Source: Massalongia carnosa
Lineage: Eukaryota
DNA length: 64,000 nt
Assembly: GCA_965645245.1 (NCBI GenBank)
Contig: OZ287084.1
Location: 620,001 to 684,000, forward strand
Reading direction: 5' to 3'
Shown here: piece by piece, positions 48,885 to 61,900 of the stretch
How positions within the stretch are numbered: position 1 is the first letter of the stretch
Layout: the number at the start of each line of letters is the position of its first letter
The notes under the pieces: generated by a model
Seen by the model: only the letters and a program-made list of their open reading frames with translations
Told to the model about the DNA's origin: nothing
Databases searched by the model: none
Translations under genes and position numbers: made by a program

Positions 48885-49525
48885 TAAAAAGAAGAAAAAG
48901 AAGAAAAAGAAGAAGAAGAAGAAGAAAAGAGGGAAGACATTTGTGTGGATATTGTGGAGTGTGCTACGTATGCGTGTTTGTGTCTGCGTATGTACGTGTA
49001 TGTACGTTTGCGTGATGTGGCATGACATGGCATGACATGGCGCGTCGTGCCGTGGCGGAATGAATGGAATGATAACGAACACAGAACGAACACAGAATAC
49101 GAAGAGATATTGGACAACGCATAGAATAGGGAACCGAGAACAAGGAGAAATAGATGCTACGACATAAGACACGCGCCTGTTGGCTTGCGAGTGAGTTCTG
49201 TTTCTCATAGCAAGGTGCGACGTAGAGAGTACACACGGCAAGAGGACAACACAGTACTCCCCGTGTACTCTATATGTACAATAAACTTGCTGCATCCACC
49301 TAGTAACCTTGGGGAATTCATTTCCTAGCCTAAGCGCCTCCTTCTCCCACCTAAATTGATGAAATCCTCAATTCCACCCCTTTCATGCAAATGTAGGTTT
49401 CTTCCGTGTCTTTGTTAGTTAGATGATGATCATTTCCGGTTTCATACGTTGTCTCTGTGTCCAAAAAATCATTTCGTTAATAGTGCATAGCCATTCGTTC
49501 ATCGATAATACCCTTCCTGCATTTT

Positions 49526-50632
49526 CTATGCCGAATTGTTCCCCACAGGAGTGCAGTCCCGTGCTTCGGAACAATCGTTGTCCGGGCTTTCCCCTGGTGT
49601 TGCTTCCGTAAGGTTCATCTGCTGCTGCTGCGGCGGGTGCGGCGGGGGCGGCGGCGGGGGCGGTCGGAAGGCCTCATAAACGCTTTTCTGACCCTTGGCC
49701 GCGGTGGACAGGTTGGAAAAGCGGGTTTCTGGGAGCCGTTTACCGGCCTTGATGCTTTCAAGGACCCTGCCGGTTTGGGGTTTAGAACGAAAGAGCATAA
49801 AAATAACGCTCCAGTTCGAACCGATATGGATTTTTCCTTTTTCGTAAAAAAAAAAAAAAAAAAAAAAAAAACTCTTTTCACAGGTTAAAATGCCGTTGCA
49901 TTGGTTCCCTCCCGTAAAAGAAAACCCCACTCACCATTCCACACCTACATATTTCACCCCACACCCGCCAACACGCTTAATCTCCTTCTGGATCTTGCTC
50001 GCAGACAGGCCTCCGCCTGCCCCATGCCCGCCCCCGTGAGCGCCGTTCGGGGTTCCTAGTATTACGTGCGTGACGCTTCGTCGTCCCAAAGCAATGCTGA
50101 TGCCGGCGCCGTGCTGAGCAAGGAGTTGCTTGAGCCGGTGATCGCTCACCATGGGCGTGGTAGATCCGTTGATGTAGACGCGAAGGTTTTGGAAGATCGG
50201 TCTTCGCTCGGGGGTAGGGTAGGGGGCTGCTTCTATCGACTCCTGTGCCCTATCTTTTCCCTGCACGTCCCCGTCACTTTGCTCACCCTCCTTCGTATGC
50301 CCCTCTCCGGACAATAGCCTCCGCACATCTTCCCATCCCTTTTCCCTCTCCCTCCGCCCTGGGTCGCCGTCTTCCAACCCTCCATTCTCCAATTTGCTAA
50401 CCATTCCGAAATCCTGTGACCCCGTGCCCACGGCACCGTAGATCCTTTTGCCCCCTCCGGGCCCTGCCACGAACTGTTCCCCTAACTTCAGCGATCGGCT
50501 AGCGCGCCAAGATGTACTGCCAGAGAGGCGACTTTCGGCGCGCTGATGACCCATTGCGGAAGAGTTGCAGGGATCAAAGATCTGACGAGAAGGGTGCGCT
50601 GCAAGGGGAACACTGTTTTGGCGGGGGGCCAT
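49526..50632 (-). CDS. BRCT-domain protein (Rev1-type BRCT, no polymerase domain), ~312 aa; exons 50632-49935, 49766-49526
   Basis: FDPCNSSAMGHQRAE...WRASRSLKL, IFQNLRVYINGST...HGA...VTHVIL...KYVGVEW|VLESIKAGKRLPETRF. The GTGAGT...CAG intron contains a 26-nt homopolymer (49846-49871). Confidence 0.88.
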
Positions 50633-51518
50633 GTTCGTCAAGAAAGGGGTAATTGAGAGGCTTTCGTGTTTAACGGACGAAGGAACACTAGCGATCCTGG
50701 ATTTCCGAACGATTGGCTTAGGTGTGATCTGAGAGGAATGAAAAAGCACGGCGAGCCAATGTAGGCTTATCGATTTCGTCGCATATGAAGGCAATACGAA
50801 AAGTTAATCTCTTACCAAGCAGACCAGGGAGGAAGGCGAGATGCATGTAGCGCCGCAGAAGAGATGACGTTGATGAAGCATGCTTCCTCCCTACTTATTG
50901 TCGCTAGGAGTATGTGGGGATATGCAGCAGCAGCAGCAGTAGTAGCAGAATGAGGAGGAGAGCAAAGAGTGGATGGATGGATTTGGGGAAGGGGGAAATG
51001 GAAAATGGAACGAAAAATGAAAAGGAACCGAAATTGCGAAAATGTCATGACCGAATGTGGACGAGGAGCGGGGCGCAATTGCGCATTGCATTATGACTAT
51101 TGCGGAATTGCGGGTAACAATGGGTAACAGTTGGGTAACAATTCGATCCATTCGATACGAGAATACCGCTAAGCCAGGAATGGAAAAGCGAAAAGAAAAC
51201 AAAAACAAAAACCCCCAAAAACGTAGAAAACACCAGAAAAGAACGCGTCCGTTCTCGACCCGTCTTAAACGACAGCCAGACGAGTCAGGCGAACAGAAAA
51301 AATCAACCTAGAGACGCACAACACTGCTGCAGAACTATTTCATGCAGGCAGATGCCTCACATATGCATACATATATACGCTGCACACAAACACGTCCCTG
51401 CCGTTTTGGTCCGTGGAGGTCCCGACATGTACGTATGTACAGCCCTCGTTTGATTCGATGCATTAGCTCTGTCTGCACGTCGGCACTTGTGGCAAAAGGT
51501 GGGTTCATCAAGCACAAT

Positions 51519-51596
51519 CTGCATTTGCATTTGCATCTGCATCGGTGCATCTGCATCTCCATCTGCATCGGTGCATCTGCATCTCCATCTGCATTG
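51519..51596. repeat. Degenerate (TGCATC)n hexamer array
   Basis: ctgcatttgcatttgcatctgcatcggtgcatctgcatctccatctgcatc... Confidence 0.85.
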
Positions 51597-52494
51597 CGAG
51601 CGAGATCTACAAAGCTTGGAAGCTATTCGTTCAGGGAAAGAACGTCCGTAGCTGATGCGTTCATGATTCCCATTGACAGCCCCTTGCCTCGTCCTGAGGA
51701 TGGGAGACGACGGCAAAGGCATGCCATGGCAAACGGCTACAGAGACATGCATCTGATTGGATGGCTAATCCAGGGAGGAAAACCACCCCAAGTCGCCGAG
51801 ATTAACCATCCATGATCTCATTCACTTGCAAAAGAAACATGCTGTTGGTGCACGCTCGCCTTCGCTTGTGGCCTTTTGGGAAAATGCCGTGGGAACGCAT
51901 TTGACATTGCTGCTACTCTCTACAGCAGTAGCTATTGTGAGGCTGCGCTAAGACCTCAAATCCTTTCGTCTTCCCCTATCCAGATAATCCCAACCGCCTC
52001 GTCACTTTGCCCCCCCCGGCCTTAGGTCGTTAAAGGCTTTTTTAGCTCGATTAGATAACGCGCTTCCCTCGTGCACACCCTCGTTCCAAACCATCATATT
52101 CCCAAGAAATCATCATCGTCACCCCTCTCGTGCCAAAAATGTTGAGGGTGGAGTCGTTGAAAATAGGACTGTCATGTCGTCAATCGTAATGATATGATGC
52201 TAATAAATGTAATAAGAACAATATCGTGATTTTGGTTTGCCAATGTAGCATTAAAATGAATAACTCCAGGCATTTCCTCATGGGAAAATATCCGTAAAAT
52301 CCACAAACCGACGACCCAAGACAAAGAGCTTGCGGAATCGTTGTGGCTTAAGTCGCTCCCATGCTGCACCATTAGAGGTCATCATTGTAATGTCGAGAAA
52401 ATTGCATACAAAGGCGGTGTCGCGGGACATTCAGGCAGCTTTCCCTTCCCCCCCCCCAAGAACGATTACATCTGTGGAGGTAGATACATGAAGT

Positions 52495-54697
52495 CTATCG
52501 CCGCGCGCGTTGGGGGACTGGATTTCGAGCTCGGTTCAAAGGCCGAGCGTCTCTTTCGAAGGTGTTGGCTACAATAGGCCCGCTCACGCTCCCTTCACGA
52601 CCCAATTTTCGGCGCTTCAGGCTGTCTATATCCTCGCCACGGCTTGCAGGACGAGATTGATGCTCTGGATCATCCTCTTCACGCAAACGCTTGTTGGACG
52701 AGGCTGTACCATTGACATGCAATGGCGCGTAACTGGCTGGCAAAGGCCCTGACGCATAGGTATCAGTTGCTGAAGTTCCGTTGGAAACGCTGGCACGAGT
52801 ATCGCTTATTGAGTTGTATTGATTGCTCGACGGTGGGGCGCGGGGTGGGGTGTGGTATCCAGGCGTCCACTGGCTTTGTCCCCCTGTGGCGGTGCGGGGA
52901 GTTGCTCTGCCGGATCCATTTTGATGTGATGGGGATCCATTCATCTCAGGGGAAAGGTGAGGATGTTCCCCTTGCAATGATCCAAGGTTGGGAGCGGAAT
53001 TGTAGTTGGCATATGAGCCACGACTGGCACTGTAAGCAGTATTGCTGTCGTGTGGATATTCCGAATCATGTTCATGCTCCGCTTCTTCGTCACCTGCTCC
53101 GTGACCCACAGGGTCAGACGCTGGCCCATGGGCATAAGCTTCTGGCTTGTGATCACCATGCTCAATTTCTGGTCCCGATCCAGGCGCACGTGACGATGGA
53201 GGACCCATCTCATGTTTCAAATATTGGTTTGGTACTACGGGTCCACTGAGCCGCCCCATTCCCTGTGGCTGGACACCTTGTTGAGGCGCATATTGGGCCT
53301 GTTGCGTTGTAGCTGACGAGTACATTGGTCTCGAGCTGTCATAGGGTTGCTGGCTGGGGTATGGTTGCATGCTTTGCATGGCAGGACCCGGGGGTGTGGT
53401 TGCAGGTGTGTTCGGTGTGGAGTGGGCATGAGTATCGATTGCAAGAGGTTGTGTGCTTTGGACCCCGCCACCGATGTTCTGACCCCAAGTATCATACGAG
53501 CTTCCTTGGCTGTTCATACCAACACCGCTCGAGGCACTGGTGGGGGGGGTGGGGAAGGTATGTGCCCTGTCGAGGGTCGGTCTGGCTCCAGGGTGAGGCG
53601 CAATAGAATGAGGTGGTTGAGAGACGTGAGAGCCAACGGGCGTAGTCATCGAGTGATGATGGTGAAGCGACGGAGTCTGCGAGCCAGGACCTATCATCCC
53701 TTGCTGCTGCTGCTTGTTATCAAATTTACGACGTTCGGCCGCTGCCATGACAGCATTCGTCCGGTTTGAATTCGTGGGGTGATAGAGCAGCGCGCCGATG
53801 TTGTGCACAAACAGCGGATATAAAAGTTCCGTTATTTTCTCCTTATTTGCAAAGTCCAGCGCCCGATCAAAGGGTATCCTGACATAGAGTTAACGCCTGC
53901 ATCATCAATTATCCGTCAATTACATGCTTGCTTACCAAACCCCTTTAAGATGCATAGGACCTATTTTCACAACATGACGCAGCTTTTCGCTTTTCAATAT
54001 ACCATCCCGACGTCCTCTTGTCATCCCTGCAACATTAAGAAGTTTTGTGCCATTGATCATATGATTATCTGTCATTAAGTTAGTGATTAATCATTCCCCG
54101 TAAATGGGATGAGGCGAAGACTAATGGGCTAAATGAAAGTTCATGCCAAAGCTTACCATCTCGTCTTGCAACACATACACCCTTCGCCTCAACCTGAAAG
54201 CACATGCTCCCTTCATCTTCCCATAATGTGGCGGTTACTCGAGGTTTCATCCCCGGAGGAGCTATCTGACCGGTTGTGTCGTAGTTCTGTTGTGGATAAC
54301 CAGCTGCTGGACCTCCGGGTCCACCCATATAAGTGTGTTGTGGTTGCCCGCCCGGAGGCATTGCTTTCATCAGAAGATGTCAGTTCAATGTTCGGCAAAA
54401 TCATCTGGACTTGAAAGTACCTGGAAGGGGCAGCAGGCCAGAATTCATCTGGGGTCCCATGGACGAAGAAACAGGTTGTCCGCCGCCTTGCGGGGAGGTT
54501 ACGCCATTGGTATAAGCATACGGACCATACGTACTTGGCGATGGTGCATAACTGCCAGGTCCGGGTTGCAAGACGGAAGGTTGTTGTTGATAATGAGGAT
54601 AATGAGACATGCTACCAGCGGTGGTAGGTTGGGGCGCGTAAGACTGCGCAGCCGACATATGTGGCTGATGCGAGTCAATGTATTGTGGTTGGTTCAT
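52495..54697 (-). CDS. stuA: APSES transcription factor StuA/Asm-1, ~666 aa from the first AUG; exons 54697-54421, 54363-54157, 54068-53936, 53878-52495; frame stays open upstream to 55231
   Basis: [59 protein letters not shown]...[52 protein letters not shown] and [10 protein letters not shown]. Confidence 0.96.
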
Positions 54698-55231
54698 CGT
54701 ATTGCTGTATGGCTCAGCAATCGGAGCGTACTGGGAGATGCTCGAAGTTTGATGAGAATAGTCGGTGTGCTCCGTGGGTTCGTCCGGCAAACCTTGTGCC
54801 TGAGAGACTATAGTTTGGGAGGTGGGAGAGGGCGAAGGGGTTCTTAACCCAATTCCGGTTTGGGTATTGGAGTAAGAGGATGAGCTGGTCTGCGAGGATG
54901 GATACTGGTTACCAGGAGCGCTAGGGCTTGCCTCTATTATTCCGGCTCTTGATGAATTTGGGCCGTAGGAGGCGCTTGCAGCGTAAGATTGTGGTAAGGG
55001 CAGATTCGGGAGCCGATCACCAGAAAATAACGGTCGCTGAGAATAATGAGGATTGAACCAGGGAACGTCAATAGGACCTCGGGTGTGAACCTGGGAGATC
55101 GAAGGGAGCTCCAGCTTTTCGGTATTGGCGAGAACTGGCCTTGAGTGACCTGAACGAGAGAGGGCGCGAGAAAACACCAAATTTGACACAGGACTCTGAT
55201 TCTGCTGCTTCTCAACCAGACAAGCGGTTTC

Positions 55232-55958
55232 TCAGTCGTCCACGTTCTGCAACCGATTAATGACTGATTGCTCCGTAAACTTTGCTCGTAGCTTCAACGT
55301 GACTTTGGATCAAATGGAATCTCCACTCATGAAAATTGACTTTCAGAACCTAAGCAACACGGACTGCTAGATTCCGCCTGCCAGTAGCAACTCAAAGATC
55401 AAAAGTTCGATATGACGAGGTGTGGCGCGTGCTGGCACAGCTGGTGATTGAGCTTCGAAATGGATGTAGAGACACGTTAATCAGGCGATTGTACAAATAG
55501 TTGCCGCCGATGGTGCAACGCTTGGACTCTATAGGATTGCCGAATGCGCCGCGATGATGAAGATCGAAAAGTGCAACAGCGTGTGGCTCGTTTCCGGTCG
55601 TTAATGGGACAACTTCCAAAGCGGTTTGCTTTCGTGATGCAGGTGGATTGCAATGGATATACGCTTCTTTACAGCGCTTTGTCGGGATAGGCAAGTGTGC
55701 GAACTTCAAAGGTAATAATCGCTCAAGGGCGCGTCTATCGGGTACTGGCGTTTTTGAATGAAGAAAGATCGTGGATAGTCGTTAGTATCGTTTGCGTCTT
55801 GTTAACTTGTAGCCTTGGAGAAAACTTGGGCTCGTTAATTCTGCAGCAGATTTTTAGTCAGGCGCAAGCGGAATGCAGGTCTTCCGATAAGATAGGCAAG
55901 GTGAAGGCGAAGAATGTCGGGATGCGTACCTCGCTGCTGCTCATGGAGAAGAGGTCAT
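55232..55958 (-). promoter_or_regulatory. Putative stuA 5' leader: uORF1 (55958-55941, MTSSP*), intron 55929-55247, spliced uORF2 (55944-55930 + 55246-55232, MSSSENVDD*)
   Basis: GAG|GTACGC donor at 55929, TTAAT...TTGCAG acceptor ending at 55247, AUGA overlap of the two uORFs, and a pyrimidine-rich TSS-like tract near 56005-56055. The splice pairing is inferred. Confidence 0.5.
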
Positions 55959-58900
55959 GCAAAATGATTGCGCTCGACTTCAGTCGGAAACGCTCACTGG
56001 TGGACGAGGAGAGGGGGGGGGAGGGGGAAAGGATTTGGCAGTCGAGGAGGGAGGTTGGGCGATTTGTTGGTGATGGTGATCTGCTAGCGCGAAAACTTGG
56101 CGCGAACAGAACCGGCTTCCTGATATGATAGTGGATCTATTGGGTCTGATAGGAGATACGAGTCGGTGATAATCAATCCTTTTGCAATTTCCACTTTATC
56201 GGATGAGATGATGGAGTTGAAGCTGAAGTTGAAGATTTTTCAGATATTGATATCTGAACAGAGGCCGCCGTTCACGAAGTTGGTTTCAATTGGCCCAAAA
56301 CAACGAGCGGTGCAACGTCAATCTTCCCACCAAGTACTTTTACTGCTTTTTTGGGGTAAGTAATAAAAGATCCATACAGTGCCGTGAAAGCACAGACAGG
56401 CAGGGTCGAAGGTGACCGACAGCGCTGCAATGCGATGCGCTGCGGGAGAACGGGCCCTTTTTACATCGAATGCAGAATGCGGGACGGCGCGCCAGGTGCG
56501 CAGGGTAAGAATGGAAGGGAAAGGCAGTTAGTTGTCAATTTGACAACGATGAATAAAACGAGGTAACGAGTAAGGAGTGTCTAGACGCTTTTTAGGTTGT
56601 AGTAGAGGTTCGTCTAGAATGTGTACTCTGTACGGCCGATATGACCAGTTTACCTTTTTGACTGGGACTTTTCGCTCCACTTCTCCTTCTGTCTCTCTTA
56701 CGCTATCCTCCAACCGTTTCACTGATTCTCTAGACTATCGCTTGCTCTCTGTATCTGCCTCCCTTCGTTACTGAATTGCCATTTCATTATTAATTACGCA
56801 CTTTTTTTCTTTTGACTACGTTTCTCTATTTCGAGCGTCATGACTATGGGCGGGAAGGAAATTGTAGCTAGAAGGGCGGTGGTTTGTGTCAGGTGGAAGG
56901 CTTCGTTGACAAGCCAAGGCTTAAGCTACGGTATCTGTCTTACAAGCGTCGGCTTGCGTCTGGGCTGCAGCGGAATTGAGGTATTAGTAGGATGCAACCT
57001 GCAGGCAAGCGAAGAAACGACCCACTGTCGAATCAACTTGCAGGGACAAGCTTCTCAGGGAACCTTGTCGTCGTTCCTATAGGCGTGCAATCACGCCGTA
57101 AGAGAGCCAATCAGTCGCAGACGTTACATCAGTCCAATGGGAACGTGAGGCTGCCACCCCGGGCGCGGTTGTGGACGGTAGAAAAAAAGTTGGGTCAAGC
57201 TGATCCAAAATTCGGAAGGGTGTGTATGGGCGACTCGTGGTAGTGAAGGTTAAATTAGGGCAGTCGGACGTACAGAGTAGTAGGGGCAGAGTACGGAGAG
57301 CGGGAATTCCAAAAAATTCGATCTATACACGGGCGAAGCGAGTGTAAAAAGCTATGGGGTTTAAGATTGCCGGTGAGCATAATCGACACCAGCAATAAAT
57401 TAATCAATAACATTCTGATAGTCCCAAGACGATGGGATGCATGGAGGCACGAAAGGGTGAATAGTCCCCATGTTTCGACCGAAGCGGAAACAAAAGCAAA
57501 AGGATCATCTGTACTACTTCTGTACGGTACTTTGAACGTGGCATGAGAGGTGGAGATGGTGTTTTTGCTTTTCGTTTTTTTTCGTAACTAGTCTACAATC
57601 TGGCTGGCTAGAGAGAGTCCAGCGAGGGAAGGGACGGGACGCGATTTGAGGGCTTTCACGTTAGGATGACTCAGTCAGCGGTCATCTGAAGGAAGGGCCA
57701 TAATGATCAAATTCGTTCCCTTTCGTGATGATGATGATGCTCTTCTTCGAGAGGATAAATTTTAGCTGCTTGTCGACAAAGTTTGGATGAATTTCAATAT
57801 GAGCCCTGTTATTGCCTTAGATCTTTCAACTGACCCATTCAAAACCAGGTGTTAACGTAGTACAGTGTACTCTATTCAATACCGCCCTCGAATTCCGAGT
57901 CTCAACTCCTCGCTCCAACGCTCAACACCTAACACACCTCACGATATCTTCATATCGATTGAAACATCACTCAAGGCCGATCCCGGTTGGAACAGCCGGC
58001 CAGACTGATCGACCGCTGTCGTCGGCTGGGGCGTCGGCTGCCAAGGCTCAATTTAATTGACACGAAAAAGGGTGGCGCGGCGCTTGTACGCTGAAAAGAA
58101 AAGCCACCGATAAGGGAGTCCAGGAGCGACAACAAGTAAAGTATCAGTATCCACGCTGATGTTCGATGATGACCAAGACGATCACGATGACAAAGATTCA
58201 CCTTCAATTGCGAACAGTTGCCGTTTGGCCGTTTGGGCAAAGCGCCAACAATGCTGAGAATTTAGAGCTGTGAAACTAGAGCCGAGAGGGAAAAGCGAGT
58301 TATCGAATTGCCGCCAGTGGTGTAGAGAAGCGAGCAATGATTGGTTTCCTGGGAGCAAGGTGGATTCGATGCGTTGTTCAAACGAACCCTAGAACCCTTG
58401 AACCCTAGCAACGTTATCCTGGGTTGCGCCCTAGCACCGTCGAACCCCAGCCCTTGAAAGTCCCGGGGGACACGACGAAAACCACGGGCACAAAAAGGAA
58501 AGAAAACACGAAAACAAGAAAGAAAAGCTACAAGCGCCGCTTTTTCGGTGGAATGTTTGACTAGGTATGCTCTCTCCGGTCCAGATGTGGTCATGATTAC
58601 TCTATGTCGATATCGGATGCTGGATTGAACCCACCTGACAGAATTACCTCAAAGCTAAGACCAAAGACTGACGAGATTGCGAGTGACAGGAGCTACGTTT
58701 GGTAACGTGGCACAAGGACGTTGCATTTCGCTATTCCCCACCCCAATCATCACGACACGTCATAACCTCGTCCACTGTGCCAGGATCATGGTTTAAGGCG
58801 AGAGGCGTATGGGGAGGAGGTGATTTGGGAGGGGTTTGGAGGTGGAAGGAGGAATGATGAAGACTATCATCATCAATTTCAAGTAAGTAATCGGCGTGAT

Positions 58901-61900
58901 ATTGTTCACTATACCTCCCCCGATGAAAGAATGCGATTTTCCTGATAACCCAGATGCTGCCATGCTGTCTTGGGGGTTGATACTTCAAGCACCATGGACA
59001 TAAAGCTACGGTAGTGGCACGTTCAAGCATTCAGAAAACCGCTGCGATCGAGCAGAAGTCCCATCTGCAGCATTCTAGCTCCCGATCGGTTCATCTAGAT
59101 CCCATCCTTACCCTTACTAACTGTTTTCAAGGGGAAAAGATGATCCGAAAGGAGCGGCGCGTCGAGGAAGCAACCGGAGATATGATTCCGGATAATTTCG
59201 ATCAAATAGGAAATACTTCACTAGATCTTCAACCGGTGACGCAGCACGCAAGGACGAGCACTCACATGGAATGCCGCTCCACGTTTAAGCTCGCACCGCA
59301 TCTGCAACGCCGACTTGGGTGGTTTCGAGTTGACTTGGAGACGATCTTATTGCACCGTGGCTGAGGCATGAAACGATGAGATGATGGAGGGAATGGGGGT
59401 TCATCATGTGAATGGTGAGACGGGTCATGCCCTCATCTCCACAAGAAAGCACGTGAATGGGTATGTAGAGTGAGAAGGCATCATTCCCGAGGATAGAACT
59501 TTGTAGGACAGGCTACGAGTGACACGCTCCCGAGATCATGTGGGTTGCTGAGGCAGATTTGAATTCTGGATTGCCACAATGGGGAAGAGTGGATTTAGTC
59601 GTTTCAAAAATGATGGGAACCATGGCTCGCCAGCTCTTCACGCATTATTACGCATCATGATAACACAGTACCTACATGATCGACATCCGTGCAGCCCCAA
59701 GTGGGTGCCGACTGCGGAATCCCTGGTGCAACAGTTAATTTGTGTCATACGAGCTGCAGCCTTCCAAGGGAATGGTGCCAAATCGAGAATCGATTCACAA
59801 TTTGGGTGGATGGGGGTGGTGTGGAATGCAAGCAAGAAGAGCCGTGCTGAAAGGATGGGATGGTACGAGTATCGACAAAACACAAAACATGATCAACACT
59901 GTCAGCGAGTCAGCGAGGCAGCTAGTCAGCCAGGGGGGGATTGGTTTGATTCGGCCATCCACCCCTCTCGGCCTTGTAAAATCACTCACTAGTTGTACTC
60001 TTTTGGACTCGGAGAGTGGTCGACAGGTCGATACGATAGCATGCTGTAGATTGCTTTTTCCTCCACGGCGTTCATCATTTTAGAAAGTCGAACGATCCGG
60101 ATGTACACTAGTCGCAACTCCTCCACCGAGCACGACTGCGATAGGATTGGCCGGGTTTTAGCTGCACCGAGCCGCTGCTGCATATGCGAGTGTTTTGGAC
60201 GGGCCTTCGCCGCCGCTCTCTCTTCCCTCGCCGAATGGAAAGAGGCGTTGTAGTTAAAAGCAAAAAGTCAAACTTGGTCCAACTCTCCCCATTTTCCCAC
60301 AGTCCATCCTCAGCCTATTACCCCAAAGTCAATCAGGCAATCAGGCTTCGGTCAATCTCTCGTTTCCCCAATCTGCTATGTACATTCTGATGTCGCTTGT
60401 AACCATCCCCAGAGCTGGTTTGCACCTGGAGCTAGCTCGGCATTGGGCGACTTCGCTACTCCGTATTGGCGCGTAACTCAGCATCCTTTGGTGTTTTTCC
60501 ATTCTTCCTTTTTCCCCAGATCCCGCTAACCCCGTCAGCACCGCACGTCCGATGAAGTCCGAATTCATTCAAACGAGTCACAATCCTAGTTCCTTTGTGG
60601 TTTCCGGGATAACTCGATCAGGCCAGCCACTCACCCTTGCGAACCTGGCGAAAATCATCGCCATTTTGTTCCCACTATTTCTCCAATGGGGTGGAGGAGC
60701 AAAGCCATCCAATGAGAGCCAACCACGTCGATCCACTTTACCCCTCGTGTCCCCCCTTACCCCTCTAACGACCCAGTCACGAGCGTGCTTCGTACGTCCC
60801 AGCCTCAAGGAACCTCTCTGCCTTGAATCAATTCCCAATTCGTCACCACCTCCTCTATCAGTTTCTGTCACCCCCAGCCTAACCGTAATCTGATTTGATA
60901 TTCCTTCGAGGCACCACAGCCAATGATCCGCAGCCAACGCAACGGAGACAGGGACCAGGTTCAGAGGGAAACGGCGTTGCAGCCGATGAAAACCCAAATC
61001 TCATCCAGATCAGGTAACCCCAAATTACACGGATTTACAGAGTATGGGGGAATGTAGAGGAGAAGGGGGACCACCTTATGGACCACCTTATGCACAGATC
61101 AGTCCTTGCTTTGTTCCATGACGGATTGAACAAAAAAGCCGAGTATGGTTGGTGCGTATGTGTCACGTGCCTTGAGACCCCTCCCCATTCTCCGCTCGCT
61201 GTACTCTGTAAGTTACTCCGTACTCCATTTCCCATCCCGAAGCTCATCGCTTTCTCACCCTTCCCTGCGTGGGGAAAAAGGGGGTGTTGGGAATTGCTGG
61301 CTCATCGACGGTTCACCTCCCGGGAGGTGTCCCCTAAGGTAATGTACCATGGACCATTACCCATGGACCATGTACCTTGTATCATGCAGCGCAAGTATGT
61401 CGTACAGATAGATGGGGTGGGAGAAACATTATGCAAGCAATAGTCAGACAACGTTACTATGTAGTTAGTGATGCCGCAGGCGGCAAGCTTCTCGACTCCC
61501 GTGAAAAGCTTGACCTTCAGATGATCTGCTTCCACGGAGTACTCTGTACTAGGTACTCTACGAGACAGGAAGAGATGATGATGATGGAACGCTCTGTCCA
61601 GGTTGTCAGTATTTATTGCGACGGCCCCCATCAAGGATATTTGAGCGATTTTCTTGTTCTGGCGGGACGCTGATCGGACTTGGTCACTCCTAGAATCTAC
61701 GCTAGACGAATCGAGGGTCATGGTGAATTGAGATATTTTCCTACGAGGCAGATTGAAGACCTATCCCTTTCTTTGACTAGGGAGGCATTTCGACTCCAAA
61801 GCCTAATGATTCCAACGGTCACACAGACAGAAAAAAATGAGGAATTTCATCGTTCACGGCTTCTTTTTGTTCTTTCTTTTCTTCATTTGCTACCTTCCAA

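Noticed and set aside
3457..54697. A functional gene cluster (ras2, ccg-6-like and stuA as a developmental cluster, or a biosynthetic cluster)
   Set aside because: The genes are unrelated housekeeping or regulatory loci spread over 50 kb, with no backbone enzyme or shared pathway. Co-location alone is not evidence.
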